Below are positions 26,128-38,677 of a stretch of 64,000 bases of DNA, in pieces (within the stretch, counting starts at the first letter, position 1; each line of letters opens with the position of its first letter). The notes under the pieces were generated by a model. The model saw nothing but the letters and a program-made list of their open reading frames with translations. It had not been told where the DNA came from and ran no database searches. The stretch comes from Phoronis australis. Lineage: Eukaryota; Animalia; Phoronida. The stretch lies in the NCBI GenBank assembly GCA_002633005.1, contig NMRA01000268.1:287982-351981 (forward strand), given 5' to 3'. The position numbers and the translations under genes are program-made.

Positions 26128-26785
26128 TTTCTTGAACCTTATTGTTTTGGTGTTTTTTTGGAACAAGTTTATTATCACTAAAATAGCTTGCTTAGAAAAA
26201 ATGCTGTTGACTGCATAATCCTCTGATGTCATCAGTCAGGTCACCATTTGCGACAAGCCTTTTTGACTCCAAAATGTGGTACAACCTCTTCGTGCTAAGT
26301 TGACAGTAGAGCTGTTCTGGTCTGCATCACAACAAGCATGATGTCTGCTCTGCCACTTCTTTTAAACGTCTTTCTGCATTACAATGTTCCTTGCCTATGT
26401 TGTCAGGAGTCGATGAACCGATTAATCAGGGAACCCCCTTGCGCCAATTTGGACAGAGAAAGTCCATGCAGACCAACCCGTGGCCTAGACTGCTTGTTCT
26501 AGCTTAGCATTCATTGTTAAAGGCGAAGGCAACCTTTTTCCATGTCATTTTGAGCTAAAATAAGGTTGGTTGGTTATCCTAGACATATTTTCCACTTAAT
26601 TACAGCTTTTCGTAATTTTATTAATTACTCGTCCGCTACTGCGGAAGTGACGTTTTAGGAGGCAAGCATTTCGCGCCAATTTCTTTTCATATAGTCCGAC
26701 TGTGAGAGCTGCCAAGTCAGTCATTGTTCTACCTCGGTTGTGTTAAGTTCCGTCGTCGTTTGCTTTCATTTACTTGTCAGACAAC

Positions 26786-27560
26786 ATGCCACACTGTTGC
26801 TGCGTACCAGAATGTACATCGGCTCACGCACGCTTTGGGAGTACCTTTGCATCGCTTTCCGATGGATGACACACTTAATTCGCCGTACTTGGCTCGTTCG
26901 TGTGAAGAACGCAGCGTTACCTGTCCACGCAACGTACAAAGCAGTGAAGAATTACCGTGTGTGCGGCAAGCAATTTCTGCCCTCCGGTTACGAAAGGGAT
27001 TTGTACTCTGAACTGATGAAGGTCCCTGCGAAACAACGCCTGAAGAAGGATGCCATTCTGTCTGTGTTGATTCCCGGCAGTGCCCCGTCGCCACCCCCGA
27101 GAAGTGCGTTTTTAAAGCGAGAAGCCTCGCGAGCTGTGGCCAGTACAGTGACTGGAGCCAGTGGAGGCACTTCATCTACTGTCACCCATGCCTCCGAATG
27201 TACCCCAGAGCGTGCAATTCCTGGAACCAGTAGTGATTGCCCTGTGCTGTTTTCTCCAGCCCAGAGCCTCTAAGCAGCCCTGCAACGATACTGAGTAGTG
27301 GGAGTGATTACAGGCCCAGTTCGACACCCAGTGAAGAGGACAGTTTGTCGTTCAGTGAACAGATCGGTGAGCCAAACTTTGATAAGTTTATCGTGGACTT
27401 GTCTATTTAGAAGGTGCCAGGTGTGTGGCGAGGGAGTCACACGACACGATGTAAGCAGTTTGGGTGCTCAGGTCACCATCCAGTGGGAGTGTGTCGCGGG
27501 ACACTCTGGCAAGTGGGACAGTTGTTCCTCTGTCCGTGGTATGCCGGAGGTCCACTTAAC
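26786..27560 (+). pseudogene. Frameshifted THAP-domain transposase N-terminus
   Basis: Across frames: MPHCCCVPEC...LHRFP...RRTWL...RVCGKQF...RLKKDAI (THAP pattern, His replaced by Gln), then CQVC...WECVAGH..WDS; no DDE core remains. Confidence 0.75.
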
Positions 27561-27862
27561 CATGTCCAGTAGTGGCTTGGCCTCGTCGAACTCTGAACAG
27601 CACAAGCATTCCATTGAGGTAGGCATAACAACGCACACAGTGCATTTGCACCAAGATGTGTCACCACGTCTGTCCTCAGTAGCCGCCTCGTTTCTCTCAA
27701 CAGCTGCCTGTGCCTGTGCGTACTCTGCCTCGTTATACTCGGGCTCAAACATGTACCCACCCACTGAATGTCCGTGAAAAAATTCCTCGTCACCACTGCT
27801 GTGAACAAGGTCTCCGTCACTCACACTACTGTCACTGTGATACGGGTCACCGACTCCAGCCA
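27560..27862 (-). pseudogene. Truncated KolX-like / P2X7-ballast-like cysteine-rich ORF
   Basis: YMFEP...RRGDTSWCKCTVCVVMPTSMECLCCSE fits the WCxCxxC...ECxCCxE zinc motif of P2X7-ballast-like proteins. Confidence 0.75.
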
Positions 27863-28751
27863 TTTTCAGCTTACAACACACTAAACAATCCCTAAATCCA
27901 ACGTAGTTGAGTTCTCTACTAACCTATCTTGCCGCAGAATACTCGCCGATGAAAAGTGGTGGCGACAATTGTTGAAAAACAGCACAAAACAAAAGTAGAT
28001 AGAATAGATTCGCACGGTAAAGTCAACGCAAAACCAAGTGGCGGGAAACGCTTCCCTCCTAAAAACGTCACTTCCGGAGTAGCGGACGAGTAATTAATAA
28101 AGTTACGAAAAGCTGTAATTAAATGGAAAATATGTCTAGGATAACCAACCCACCTTATTTTGGCTCAAAATGACATGGAAAAAGGTTGCCTTTGCCTTTA
28201 AAGTGTCGGAAAAAAACAGTCGTCTTCCAACGTCTGCTTTCATATTTCACTTTGAAATTCCTGCACCATCCATAATACCGATTAGGGTTTTTTGTGTACT
28301 TTGCCTGATGTTTTCTCACCAGGTCTAACAAATGATATGCTCCCCGTCCCTACACTAGGTCACTTAGTAACTATCACTACAATCCTTGCCTTCTCCAGAA
28401 TAATTGCCAGTTCCATTAATACCTTGTCATGTTGCCACCTATATCTACCCTGCGACAGAGCTGTCCTGATAACATGTCTCAGTGGACACCTGTTCTCTGT
28501 CAGACCCCATCTCATCTGCACAAGTTAGACAGTGTTTGTAATAGGTCGTACACGGACCTAAGTAAAACCTGTATTTTGAATGGTTCCATTCTCCATAGTT
28601 CAGACCTCGTTAACTTCCTGCTGTCTGTCCTTGTCCAAGTGCCCTGGACTCTTCTTCGCACCTTCTAATAGCCCGTTGCACCATTTGTCTTCTTGCCATT
28701 TTTCAGTAGCTTTCAAAAGACTTACATTGTGTATTTTTCTCTGTTATGCAG

Positions 28752-28812
28752 GATAAGCAAGTCATTGGTATTGGAAGTGGGTCAACAGTTGTGTTTGCTG
28801 TGGACAGGATTG
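28752..28812 (+). CDS. RPIA: RPIA exon 2
   Basis: DKQVIGIGSGSTVVFAVDRI (GxGSGST phosphate-binding motif); tgcag acceptor, G|gtaaaa donor. Confidence 0.93.
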
Positions 28813-29371
28813 GTAAAATTTGATGCTTCTGAACAGGATTTATGCATCTAAAAGTAGTTTATTGAACATACATTTTGCCATTTCTTCCAAAGGAATTTCA
28901 TGATGGTATTAAGATTATACCTTACTTTGATTGGGAGTCTAAAAACCAGTTCTTCATATTTTAAAATATACTGTGTTTCACCTGGTCTAAATATTAAAGT
29001 TTTGAAAATGCTAAGATTGGAAAAAAGTATTTTTTATCCACAGATTTTTTAACAAGTAGCCTTTATTCGAAATAATGATGGGCAATTGCTAATTGCCATA
29101 TACAATGGTCAGGCGTATCTTTTAAAGTGGGTATGTCTCATTTTAAATTTTGTGTTATTAAAAAATAACATTTCATACGAAATATTCTTCTGGTATTCTG
29201 AGCTTGACAGAACCAGTTACATAAAACGCGGATCAGTTTGAAAATTTCGTTTGAACTAAATTTTGTTCTGAAAACAAGAAGATGGCATTGTTTTGATTTC
29301 ATTGTCTTTAAATCTCAATCATTTTGTATGTCTGTGATTGGTCCAAATGATTTTACATTACTGTTTTACAG

Positions 29372-29487
29372 TGGCACGAGTGAAAGCTGAACACTTAGAG
29401 CTGGTGTGCATTCCTACATCCTTCCAAGCTCGTCAGCTCATCATAGCGGGTGGACTGAGGCTAGGGGACCTGCAAGCTTATCCTGAG
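29372..29487 (+). CDS. RPIA: RPIA exon 3
   Basis: [38 protein letters not shown]; ttttacag acceptor, GAG|gtatgt donor. Confidence 0.93.
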
Positions 29488-29790
29488 GTATGTCCATGTT
29501 TGCTGTGTAGTCCATTTTGTTTTAGTAATGAAACTGACACGTTTTACACAAAAGATTTTATGGTTTGGAAATAAATGGTAATTAAGACTGTTAGGTTATT
29601 CAGATCATTATTGAAGCAGTTACAAACTTGACTTGGATGTGATTTCTTGGCTTTGAAAGAACTGATAGCTTGAGACCAGGCTATATAAGTTGGCTTGTCA
29701 TTTTATGCGCCAAGCAGGTCTCAAAAAATAACGAACTTTCAATTTTTTTGCTAGTCCTTCTCGTGTCCGTAAAGAACAAGTTGAGATGCA

Positions 29791-31765
29791 TTTTTATGCG
29801 CCCACATATTTATATGTGGACGCATTATGCCGTCATCTCCGTCCGTCCGTCTGTACGGGCGGCGTCCGTCCGGCGTCTGGTGTCCGGCGTCCGCTGCTCT
29901 TTCTCCAAAACCCTTTGACATATGTTCATGAAATTTGGCACATATGTTCCATTTATGAATGGGACGGCATGTGCGAACTTTCGGACGGATCCGACTACCG
30001 GTGTGCCCCCTAGTGGCAATTTTAGTTTTTTACGCTTACCTTTGTATCTTCAAAAGTCCTGAACGGATTTTCATGAAATTTGGTATTAGGCACCTATTAG
30101 TGAGGTGACGCTATCCTGCCGTTTTCAGATGGATTCGACATAGTTTGCGCCACCTAGTGGCCATTTTTAATGTTTTCGAGTCTGTTTTTGTGCGTCCACC
30201 CCTCTATCAACCAAACTGCTCAAAGAATGATTGTGAAAATTGGCATGTTTATGCTTACTATGTAGAGGACGGTTGACCATGATTTTCCGATGATTTCGAC
30301 CACTGTGGCGCCTCCTAGTGGCAGTTTTGTTTTTTTTGCGCCTATGGCTGTAACTCCTAAACCGTTCACAGGATCGTTAGGAAATTGTGTAAGTATATTT
30401 ATATGATGTTAACAACGGAAGATGACGACTTTTGGATGGATCCGACTACCAGTGTGCCCCCTAGTGGCAATTGTAATTTTTTTACGCTTACCTTTGTATC
30501 TTCAAAAGTTTTGAACGGATTTTCATGAAATTTGGTATGTAGGCACCTATTAGTGAGATGACGCTATCCTCCCGTTTTCAGATGGATTCAACATAGTTTG
30601 CGCCACCTAATGGCCATTTTTAGTGTTTTCGAGTCTGTTTTTGTGTGTCCACCCCTCTATCAACCAAACCGCTCGAAGGATGATTGTGAAAATTGGCATG
30701 TATATGCTTACTATGTAGAGGACGGTTGACGATGATTTTCAGACGATTTGGACTACTGTGGCGCCTCCTAGAGGCAGTTTTGTTTTTTTTGCGCCTTTGG
30801 CTGTATCTCCTAAACCGTTCGCAGGATCTTTACGAAATTTAATAAGTGTGTACATATTATGTTAAAAACAGACGATGACGACTTTTGGACGGATCCGCCT
30901 ACCAGTGTTCCCCCTAGTGGCAATTTTATTTTTTTACGTTTACCTCTGTATCTTCACAAGTCCTTAATGGATTTTCATGAAATTTGGTATATAGGCACCT
31001 ATTAGTGCGATGACGCTATCCTCCCGTTTTCGGATGGATTCGACCTAGTTTGCGACACCCAGTGGCCATTTTTACTGTTTTTGAGTCTGTTTTTTGGCGT
31101 CCACCCCTCTATCAACCAAACCGCTATAAGTATGATTGTGAAAATTGGCATGTATGTTCTTACTATGAAGAGGACGGTTGACGCTGAATTTCCCATGACT
31201 TTGATTACTGTGGCGCCTCCTAGTGGCAGTTTTTTTTTGCGCCCATGGCTGTATCTCCTAAACCGTTTGCAGGATCTTTACTAAATTTAGCAAGTGTATT
31301 TATGTGATGTTGACAACGGACGATGACGACTTTAGGATGATTCTGACTACCGGTATGCCTCTAGTGGCAATTTTAGTATTTTACATTGACCTCTGTATTT
31401 TCATAGGTCTTCAGGTGTATACTTTGTGTTACTTCGTGACTATGAAGGAAAAGTTCCAAGTAGAAATTTGTTTCTGGCATTCTAATGCTGTGCTAATCTC
31501 GTATGTTGGTAAATTTGTTTTTAATTCTATGTTTCTGTGGTGCTTTAAGCAACTGATGTATAGGATGTGCTTGTATTATGAAGATCACTCACATTTTGCC
31601 CCTAGCCTATTGAGGAGACAATGACCATGCCTTTCCATTTTGCAAAGTAAAACATACTACATATATGCCCTCTACTGGTCACTTTATGGTACCAATAAAC
31701 AACCCTAGAAGGATACCGTATGCGGTGCAATTGTGGGCACATTTCAACGCTCTGCGTTGCTCTTG
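29791..31765 (+). mobile_element. HINE-like element, copy 2, with about 452-bp internal higher-order repeat
   Basis: Same terminal structures as copy 1; repeat units restart near 29986, 30438 and 30890. Confidence 0.85.
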
Positions 31766-32419
31766 TATAGTATTAAGTTGTTTGAATCAAAAGTTCATCT
31801 CTGACAAAATGCAGATTTTTAGTCGCATGAGAACGATGAAAAATGTTTGGTTTGCAGTCTGACACAACAAGATTTTATTGCACATTCAGCAAAAATGACC
31901 GTACCCTGACATTGAAAGGGGGATATATAAAATATTTTACCTACCGATCATCCCATATTAGAAGAATGAGCAAAGAGCAAGGGCAAATACAAGTATTTCA
32001 AGGGACTCGAAATAAAACAACAGCCAGACTGGAGTAACAGTTTATGAAAGTCTGATAGACCCGTTTTTCAGTATCTGGCAAACACGCGACATATGTCAGC
32101 ACCTAATAAAGTCTTCATGAGCCCTTCGAATCAATAGCACCATGTAATTAAAGCTGCATGTTACTGTGTTTAGTTGGCAAAGTACCAAAATAGAATTACA
32201 CCCGTCACTCTCATATAATTGGTCTCGTGATATTCCTTACTGTGACTGGGTTCTATTACCATTGCAAACAACATCAAAACCATCGGGGATTCAAAATTAC
32301 ACTTCAGAGTTTATTGGAATTGGCCACTCCTAAAATTACAAATTAGAAAATGGTAAGTATTTGCATTCCCTCTGACTTGAGTTGCTGACTCATTCAGCTA
32401 CTATTCAAATTCTGATAAA

Positions 32420-33060
32420 CAAGGTAATGTTTTTAAATCCCAAATCACCAAATCATCACAAAACCCAAAGACTTAGAAACCAAGCCCTGCCATTGAGTAT
32501 GAATGGAAGTCCAATTGAGAACATGAGTTTCTTTAAGTACCTGGGATTAACATATGATGAAAATCTTAAATTCTCTCACCACGTTGATTATATCTCGAAA
32601 AAGGTGTCTAAGAAAATTGGCGTATTGAAACGCATCAGTAAATTTGTGATCAGAGTAACACTGAAAACCCTTTTCAATGCTATCATTCGATCTCACCTAG
32701 ATTATTGCCTCCCGGTGGGGCATTGCATCAAACTAGGATATGAAAACCATCCAGGTTATCCAAAATAGGGCTGCCCAGATTATTCTGGGAGCTGGTGTGA
32801 GAGATATTAACATTGAAAACCTTCATACGGAGACTTGAATAATGAAAATACACACAAGACATAAATGCCTAAGTATCTGCTTGTTGTATGTACAAATGTT
32901 TGAAACGTCTTGTCCCAGCATACTTAAATTCTAAGTTTAAGATGACTTCTAATCGCTACAATACTAGGTCCTCATTATCATCCAACTTCAACCTTCCAAA
33001 ACCCAGAAACGAAACTGGGAAAAAATCATTTTCCTACAGCGGGCCCTGTTTATGGGACTA
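32420..33060 (+). mobile_element. CR1/L2-group non-LTR retrotransposon, degenerate RT C-terminal fragment
   Basis: FKYLGLTYDENLKFSHHVDYI.KK.SKKIGVLKR...IIRSHLDYC, IQNRAA, MYKCL..LVPAYL, RYNTRS, KSFSYSG..LW across frameshifts. Confidence 0.85.
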
Positions 33061-35075
33061 TCCTCATTGTAAATATTACATTACTAAATAATAATGTGGT
33101 TAAGAATTCAATGATGACAGCTCAGCAGTAATGAATCAAACGCCCTGCTAAGAGATCAGTATTTTCAGAAAACTTAGTCAGGGGTATTCATCATCCAAAC
33201 CTGTACATCTTTATGTCTAGTGTATCTGAAGTCAGGTCAGCCTCCATGGAAATTTCACAAATTTCTTATTTGTGTTTATGTGCACTTGACATTGCTATTC
33301 TAATTGCAGTTATTAACACATTATTTATATGCTACATATGCAAGCTCATTGGGATAACCTCGGTCAGCTTCAACTGCTTGGAAAACACTCACCAACCATT
33401 CTCAGCCTTTTTGAATTTTGACAGTTTTAATAGTCTTGAACAAAGATTTTATTAAATACATGTGCCCATTTGCACAAAAGTGAGCACAATTAGTTTAGAA
33501 TCTATGGAAAAGGGAAGGTTGACCCACTTTTTTGACTTCCAATTACCTTCATACAACAGAGGTATTGTTTGTCAAAAATGAAGATTTGGGATGTTGTAAG
33601 GTTATGTAGGACTGTAGAACAAAATGTCTGAATTTGGCTAAATTTGGAACATCAAATCTCAGAAATGGCTGTTCGGAATCATATGAAATTGTTAGTTACT
33701 ATGTTTCACGCACTGTTATGGAAAACTTGTTTAGGAATTGTTTTTAAAATGTTCCACTTTTGCTTGAGGCTATCAAAATAAAAAAGCACCTAAAAATCAA
33801 ATTCTGCAAGGTTTCTGTTTTTAGAAAATAAATACTTTTAGTGGGTTAACTTCCATAGTTTTATACGTACTTCGCTAAATACACAACGTTGTGGATAAAG
33901 TCCCACATAACTTGCCAGCTGATATCTCCATTGTTTCATGGTATTTCTTTGCAATACAACTACCCCGGTAGTTCAACTATATGAATCTCAAATATGAAAG
34001 TCGTTTTTAGTGTTAGTTTTCAGGAATGCATCAAATAACATCAAAGCAACTTCGGGACTGTTTAACCAATGCATTCATATTTTGCAGTTATCAAGATTTC
34101 AGAAAATTATGCTTTTGTGGGTTTGTAATGGACAGCTAAAAATTGTTCAATGAAAACATTTCCTGTTCTGTACAGGTAGTGTCCTGATCCACATTATGAA
34201 TGTAAAACCATTACTAAGCCTGCTTGTTCAGTGCTGTTCTCGGAAACTGATCCATTGTCAACTTGGAGGATGCACTTACAATAACCTTTGAGTTGATTGT
34301 GTAGTTCTCTATATAGAAGTGAATTTCAGGGAATGATATGATAAAACGTTATCTCCAGTGAAACTTGAGAAGGCCAGACTAGTATGTGCAAGGTGAAACA
34401 TTCTCAACAAAATCTGTTTACACAATTCAACCTATTGTTATCATGATTTCTACTGTGTACATAAATATTAACTTTCCATTGTGTGCAGAAAGGTAATCTG
34501 CATTGGAAAAGTGGAAAATTGAGAATTTTAGCAATGATTTTTGTGCGAAATTAGTGATGAATCATTATACTATCCCTAAACTTCCTATAGAGTCATTTTC
34601 CTGTATTTCTAGTTATGTATGGTAACATGCCTGATGAACAATATAGTGTTATTTTTATTATTATTATTATTATATTATTATTATTGTTGTTATTTTCACT
34701 TTACCTATATCCTGTTTTGTGGGTTGTATTCTCAAGTTTTGACTGACTAACATTTATTTTCTAGATTATGTTTTCCAAGAGAACACAAATATCCCATGCT
34801 TGTTCAACAATCATGACAACGAGGGCAATTTCTGGTCAGGAAAATTGCTAAGTAAACCGTGAGAAAATTGTAGATTTTTTTCAACATAATTGTTCACACA
34901 GGTCAATGTCTACACCACTGTAGTGTTAATTTATGCGAAATGGCATCATCGTGGATTCAGACTGGATGATTCAGGACAAACATAATTTTTGCCTTATCAC
35001 AATGTATAGCAAAAGTTTAAGAGACATGGAACTTGTAACACTAGGATGTTGAATTGTGCTTATTTATATGTTTAG

Positions 35076-35209
35076 CTGGATGTGGCACTAGATGGCGCTG
35101 ATGAGGTAGACAATAATCTGGATTGCATCAAGGGTGGAGGTGGGTGTCTTGTTCAGGAAAAAATAGTGGCATCGTGTGCTCGCAAGTTTATTGTGATGGC
35201 AGATTTCAG
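35076..35209 (+). CDS. RPIA: RPIA exon 4
   Basis: [45 protein letters not shown] with the catalytic DGADE and KGGGG motifs. Confidence 0.96.
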
Positions 35210-35661
35210 GTGAGGCATTGTTAGGTATTGTTTTGCTTGTATCTAGGCATTAGAGACATACTCCCAATGTAAAACAATAAATTTAATTTGATTAGTTGTT
35301 TAACTGAGAGACAATTTCTTTAGACCATTTGGATGGTTGAGTAGCAATGGGTTCTATGAATAACCTCTTGGCATGTTCTGAGCCAAGTCAGCAGGAGCTA
35401 AACAATATGTAGAATCAATGAGACTTTATTGGGAAATATTAAAGGGGCATTTGCCTGGAAATCACAGATAGCCAATGTGGGGTAAAATATTTTGGTGCAA
35501 CTGCTCATATTCAAATGGGTTTTGCTCTGCATGTGCTCAACCAGTCATACCAATGAATGATTGTATTTGGTGATACACAAGTTGCAATGAGGATGCAAAT
35601 CTTGATTGCTGTCTGGACTTAATGAATGGTAAACATGATTACGTGATTAATATACTTTCAG

Positions 35662-35803
35662 AAAAGACTCCCAAAAGCTGGGAGACAGCTGGAAAAGAGG
35701 GTTGCCAATTGAAGTCATTCCATCTGCCTACAGGGCAGTGTGTCTGAAACTTTCTAAGTATCTTGGTGGAAAGCCCGAGCTTAGGATGGCAGTGAAGAAA
35801 GCG
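35662..35803 (+). CDS. RPIA: RPIA exon 5
   Basis: KDSQKLGDSWKRGLPIEVIPSAY...LRMAVKKA; tttcag acceptor, GCG|gtaagt donor. Confidence 0.94.
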
Positions 35804-36266
35804 GTAAGTGTGTTCTGTTTCACTGGGTTATAGCTTACGTGCACAACTGTGTTTAAAGAGGAGACAAAATTTTTTGTCTGAGTTAAAATTGTCAAGAAAC
35901 TTTTGAAAAATTTTTTCAGTTTAATCTGATTATTCAAGGTCTCTCATAACGTTAATGAATTGGAGGACTTTTAAGCAATGAGATTTCATCAATAACGCAA
36001 AAGCGTGATAAGTTAAACCTCTAGGTCAAGTGAATTTTAAACTGTTACTGTGATTTCAAATGCAACTTTTCAACTCCAGTTAAAAACATTCCCCCTTGAA
36101 AGAAATTTGGACGCTTATTAGAACAAATATGGTGGTCATCTACGTTGTACTGTGTTTTATTATTTAGTTAAATATTCCTATAACAGTTTTAGTCACATTT
36201 TGTGGTCTAAACCTGTTTGGATTTCATCACCAATTAATGTCTTTGAAACTAATCATTTTTCTTCAG

Positions 36267-36366
36267 GGACCTGTTGTGACTGATAATGGTAACTTCATTA
36301 TTGATTGGGTGTTTGACAGAGCGCATGACTGGAAGGAGGTAGATACTACTATCAAGATGATTCCCG
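36267..36366 (+). CDS. RPIA: RPIA exon 6
   Basis: [33 protein letters not shown] (TDNGN motif). Confidence 0.95.
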
Positions 36367-37182
36367 GTAGGTGAAACTGGAGCATACGAGTTGATGTCTT
36401 CAGCAAGCCCTTATCATCATGCTTAAGTTTATGTAGAACCCCAGAAAATGTCCAAATTTGGCTGGAACATATTTTATTATATGACCACTGATAATGCTGC
36501 ATTGCCTCTTATTAGATTAAAACGTTCTCGCCTGTTTTGATGAACTTGTATCTTCTGCTCACTTTGTTGTCAGGGATTTATGGTTTAATGTCGTCTGAGT
36601 GGTAGCAACGTCCAGGGTGCATGCCATGGCCTAGCCTGTCGACATTGCCACACAATGAGAGTTATAAATAATGTGTCTTAGCAAATCAGGGGATAGAAGT
36701 ATCAGTGCTCATGTTATAAGATAATTTAAAACTCTATTTCTTTCTGTTTGTCTGTACGAAAACAATCTTTGCCTATAACCCCTACGAAATCGTTTAAAAA
36801 TTGCCATCACCCTGTCAGAATTATCTGTTTGTAGACACAAAGAACTGTGGTGCAAATGCTTCAGAAAATGACTGTGTGGGCTTGCCATTTCAAAATTTGA
36901 CTGCTTCAGATTATTCGTATTTTATTTCTTTATTCCAAATATATGTCAAACAAATCGATCATGGCAACAAAAGTTTAAAAGTGAATAGGCATTTTTCTGA
37001 TTTCATCTTCAGCCATTAAATAGACAGGAGGAAGCAGCTTTAAATCTTGACTTAAATTGGTAGTGTATTTGCTGTTACTGAAATAAATTAATAAGATTTT
37101 TGCCTTGAGTAGTGTTATGTGCAAATCTAAATCATCAAGTTTCACTTGGTTTCTCCATGTTGAAATCTGATATACTTTTCAG

Positions 37183-37328
37183 GTGTGGTTGAAACTGGAT
37201 TTTTTATTCAAATGGCACTCCAAGCTTACATTGGCACAACAGAGGGTGGAGTTGACGTTAGATCGAATGTCAAACTAGAAGCTCAAATGACAGTTGATGG
37301 AGTCAACCACAATGGCTTCAAGACATGA
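37183..37328 (+). CDS. RPIA: RPIA exon 7 (terminal); spliced CDS 777 nt, 258 aa
   Basis: GVVETGFFIQMALQAYIGTTEGGVDVR...GFKT-stop; all seven exon phases are mutually consistent. Confidence 0.92.
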
Positions 37329-38677
37329 GATGATTTGTTATAGTTAGTCTATTACGACTGGACAATCATGTCTCAACCGGTATTTTATAGGTACACTCAG
37401 AAAATTATTCCATTTGACTCTCATAATCATGGAGTGTACAAAATGAATAGTGCCCTGCAGCCCCCTCACCATGTATTAGTATATTTAGTACGCGTGTTTT
37501 AATCTTCACTACTGGTATGTTGATGTGGTGAAGTATAATTATTTTGAAGCAACTTTCCATTAATTAATAAGTTGTTGTACTTTAAATTGCCAGGAAAATT
37601 TATATGCTTTCACCAACTGACAAACCCTCCCTACGTTTTTTGCACTCGTGAAAATCCTAATTACTGTGAATAGCGCCTTGCAGCTGTCGATTCTTTTGTG
37701 CTCAAAATGTTGGTCTCCACTGTTCTCAAAAGGTGAGAACTGCAATATTCTGGGATCTTTTATTGGTTTTTCAATACTATTATAAAATTTTTTCAAATTT
37801 TGTGGGCAAGAGGGCATATGTTAAATTGATTTAGTTGGAATTTTAAATACGAAGTTGAATATTTTATTAGGGTAATTTATAGTGTTCACCTGTTGTCAAA
37901 GAAGCACATGGAAAAATGTTCAAGAGGAACGTTACATTTTTTGAAGGTTTTTGGTCAATTGGGTATAGTCATTTTCTATAAAAACAAACTTAAAGAAAAT
38001 AATTCTTCAATGAAACCATAAGTTTGAGCAAGTTGCACTATGCAAACACTATATCCCTGCATTCTAAGTTGTTATGTAGAGACTAGCACTCAAAATCGGC
38101 AGGCACCTTGGGCATTGAGCAGTTAATATCAGAAAGGAAAATTTTTGTTAGCGACGCAAATGGATTGCTTTGAAGTCAACGACAGTATTCTATGTGGCAA
38201 CTGCGGGATAGTGATCCTCGTGAATGATGTTTATTAGATAATTCTTCTGAACGGTTGCAACGACAGACAAGTTATTTATTGAGTACAGAAGATAAGGCGC
38301 TCTATAACGAGCGTAAATTTCTTGGTGAGAAAACCCAGTAAATTGGGTTTTAGTGGTTTGGACAAGTGAGCTTCGCACATTTTTCCAGTTTTTACCCATA
38401 TTGATTCCTAGATGTGTTTTGGCATTCAATCATATACTGTTAGGTGGTAGATTAATGGATTATTAATATGCTGTGAATATAACTAACATTGTATGATCTT
38501 GCTTGAGATAACAACATCCACTGAGCCTTGAGCAATTTCGATGTCTCTACTTTTCTACTTTTCATATAGAATTTATGGTATATATTGTAGGTCTAAAACT
38601 TTGCACAGGGTTTTCCTTTTGTAATCATTATGGTGGCTGAAGTACTCGACAGACACGCCTGTTGGCCAACCAACACA

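Larger units (their letters stand above)
26521..28197. mobile_element. Internally deleted Kolobok-type DNA transposon
   Basis: About 155-bp imperfect TIRs starting AGGC and ending GCCT, TTAA TSD (26517-26520 and 28198-28201), convergent THAP-transposase and cysteine-rich accessory ORF remnants. Confidence 0.85.
26310..28660 (-). mobile_element. Degenerate HERO-like (RLE-type) non-LTR retrotransposon 3' fragment, split by the Kolobok element
   Basis: Minus-strand translation with stops and frameshifts: QGTWT..RKLT..ELWRMEPFKI.VLLRSVYDLL...ALSQGRYRWQHDKVL to the right and GWSAWTFSVQIGARGF...EVAEQTS to the left of the TTAA insertion. Confidence 0.7.

Noticed and set aside
27468-27881. Host P2X7 purinoceptor gene
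   Set aside because: Only the cysteine-rich motif is present, truncated and enclosed by transposon TIRs; there is no channel domain.
4032-37328. Functional metabolic cluster of PANK and RPIA
   Set aside because: They are divergent neighbours separated by about 6 kb of repeat-rich DNA; nothing in the sequence shows co-regulation.
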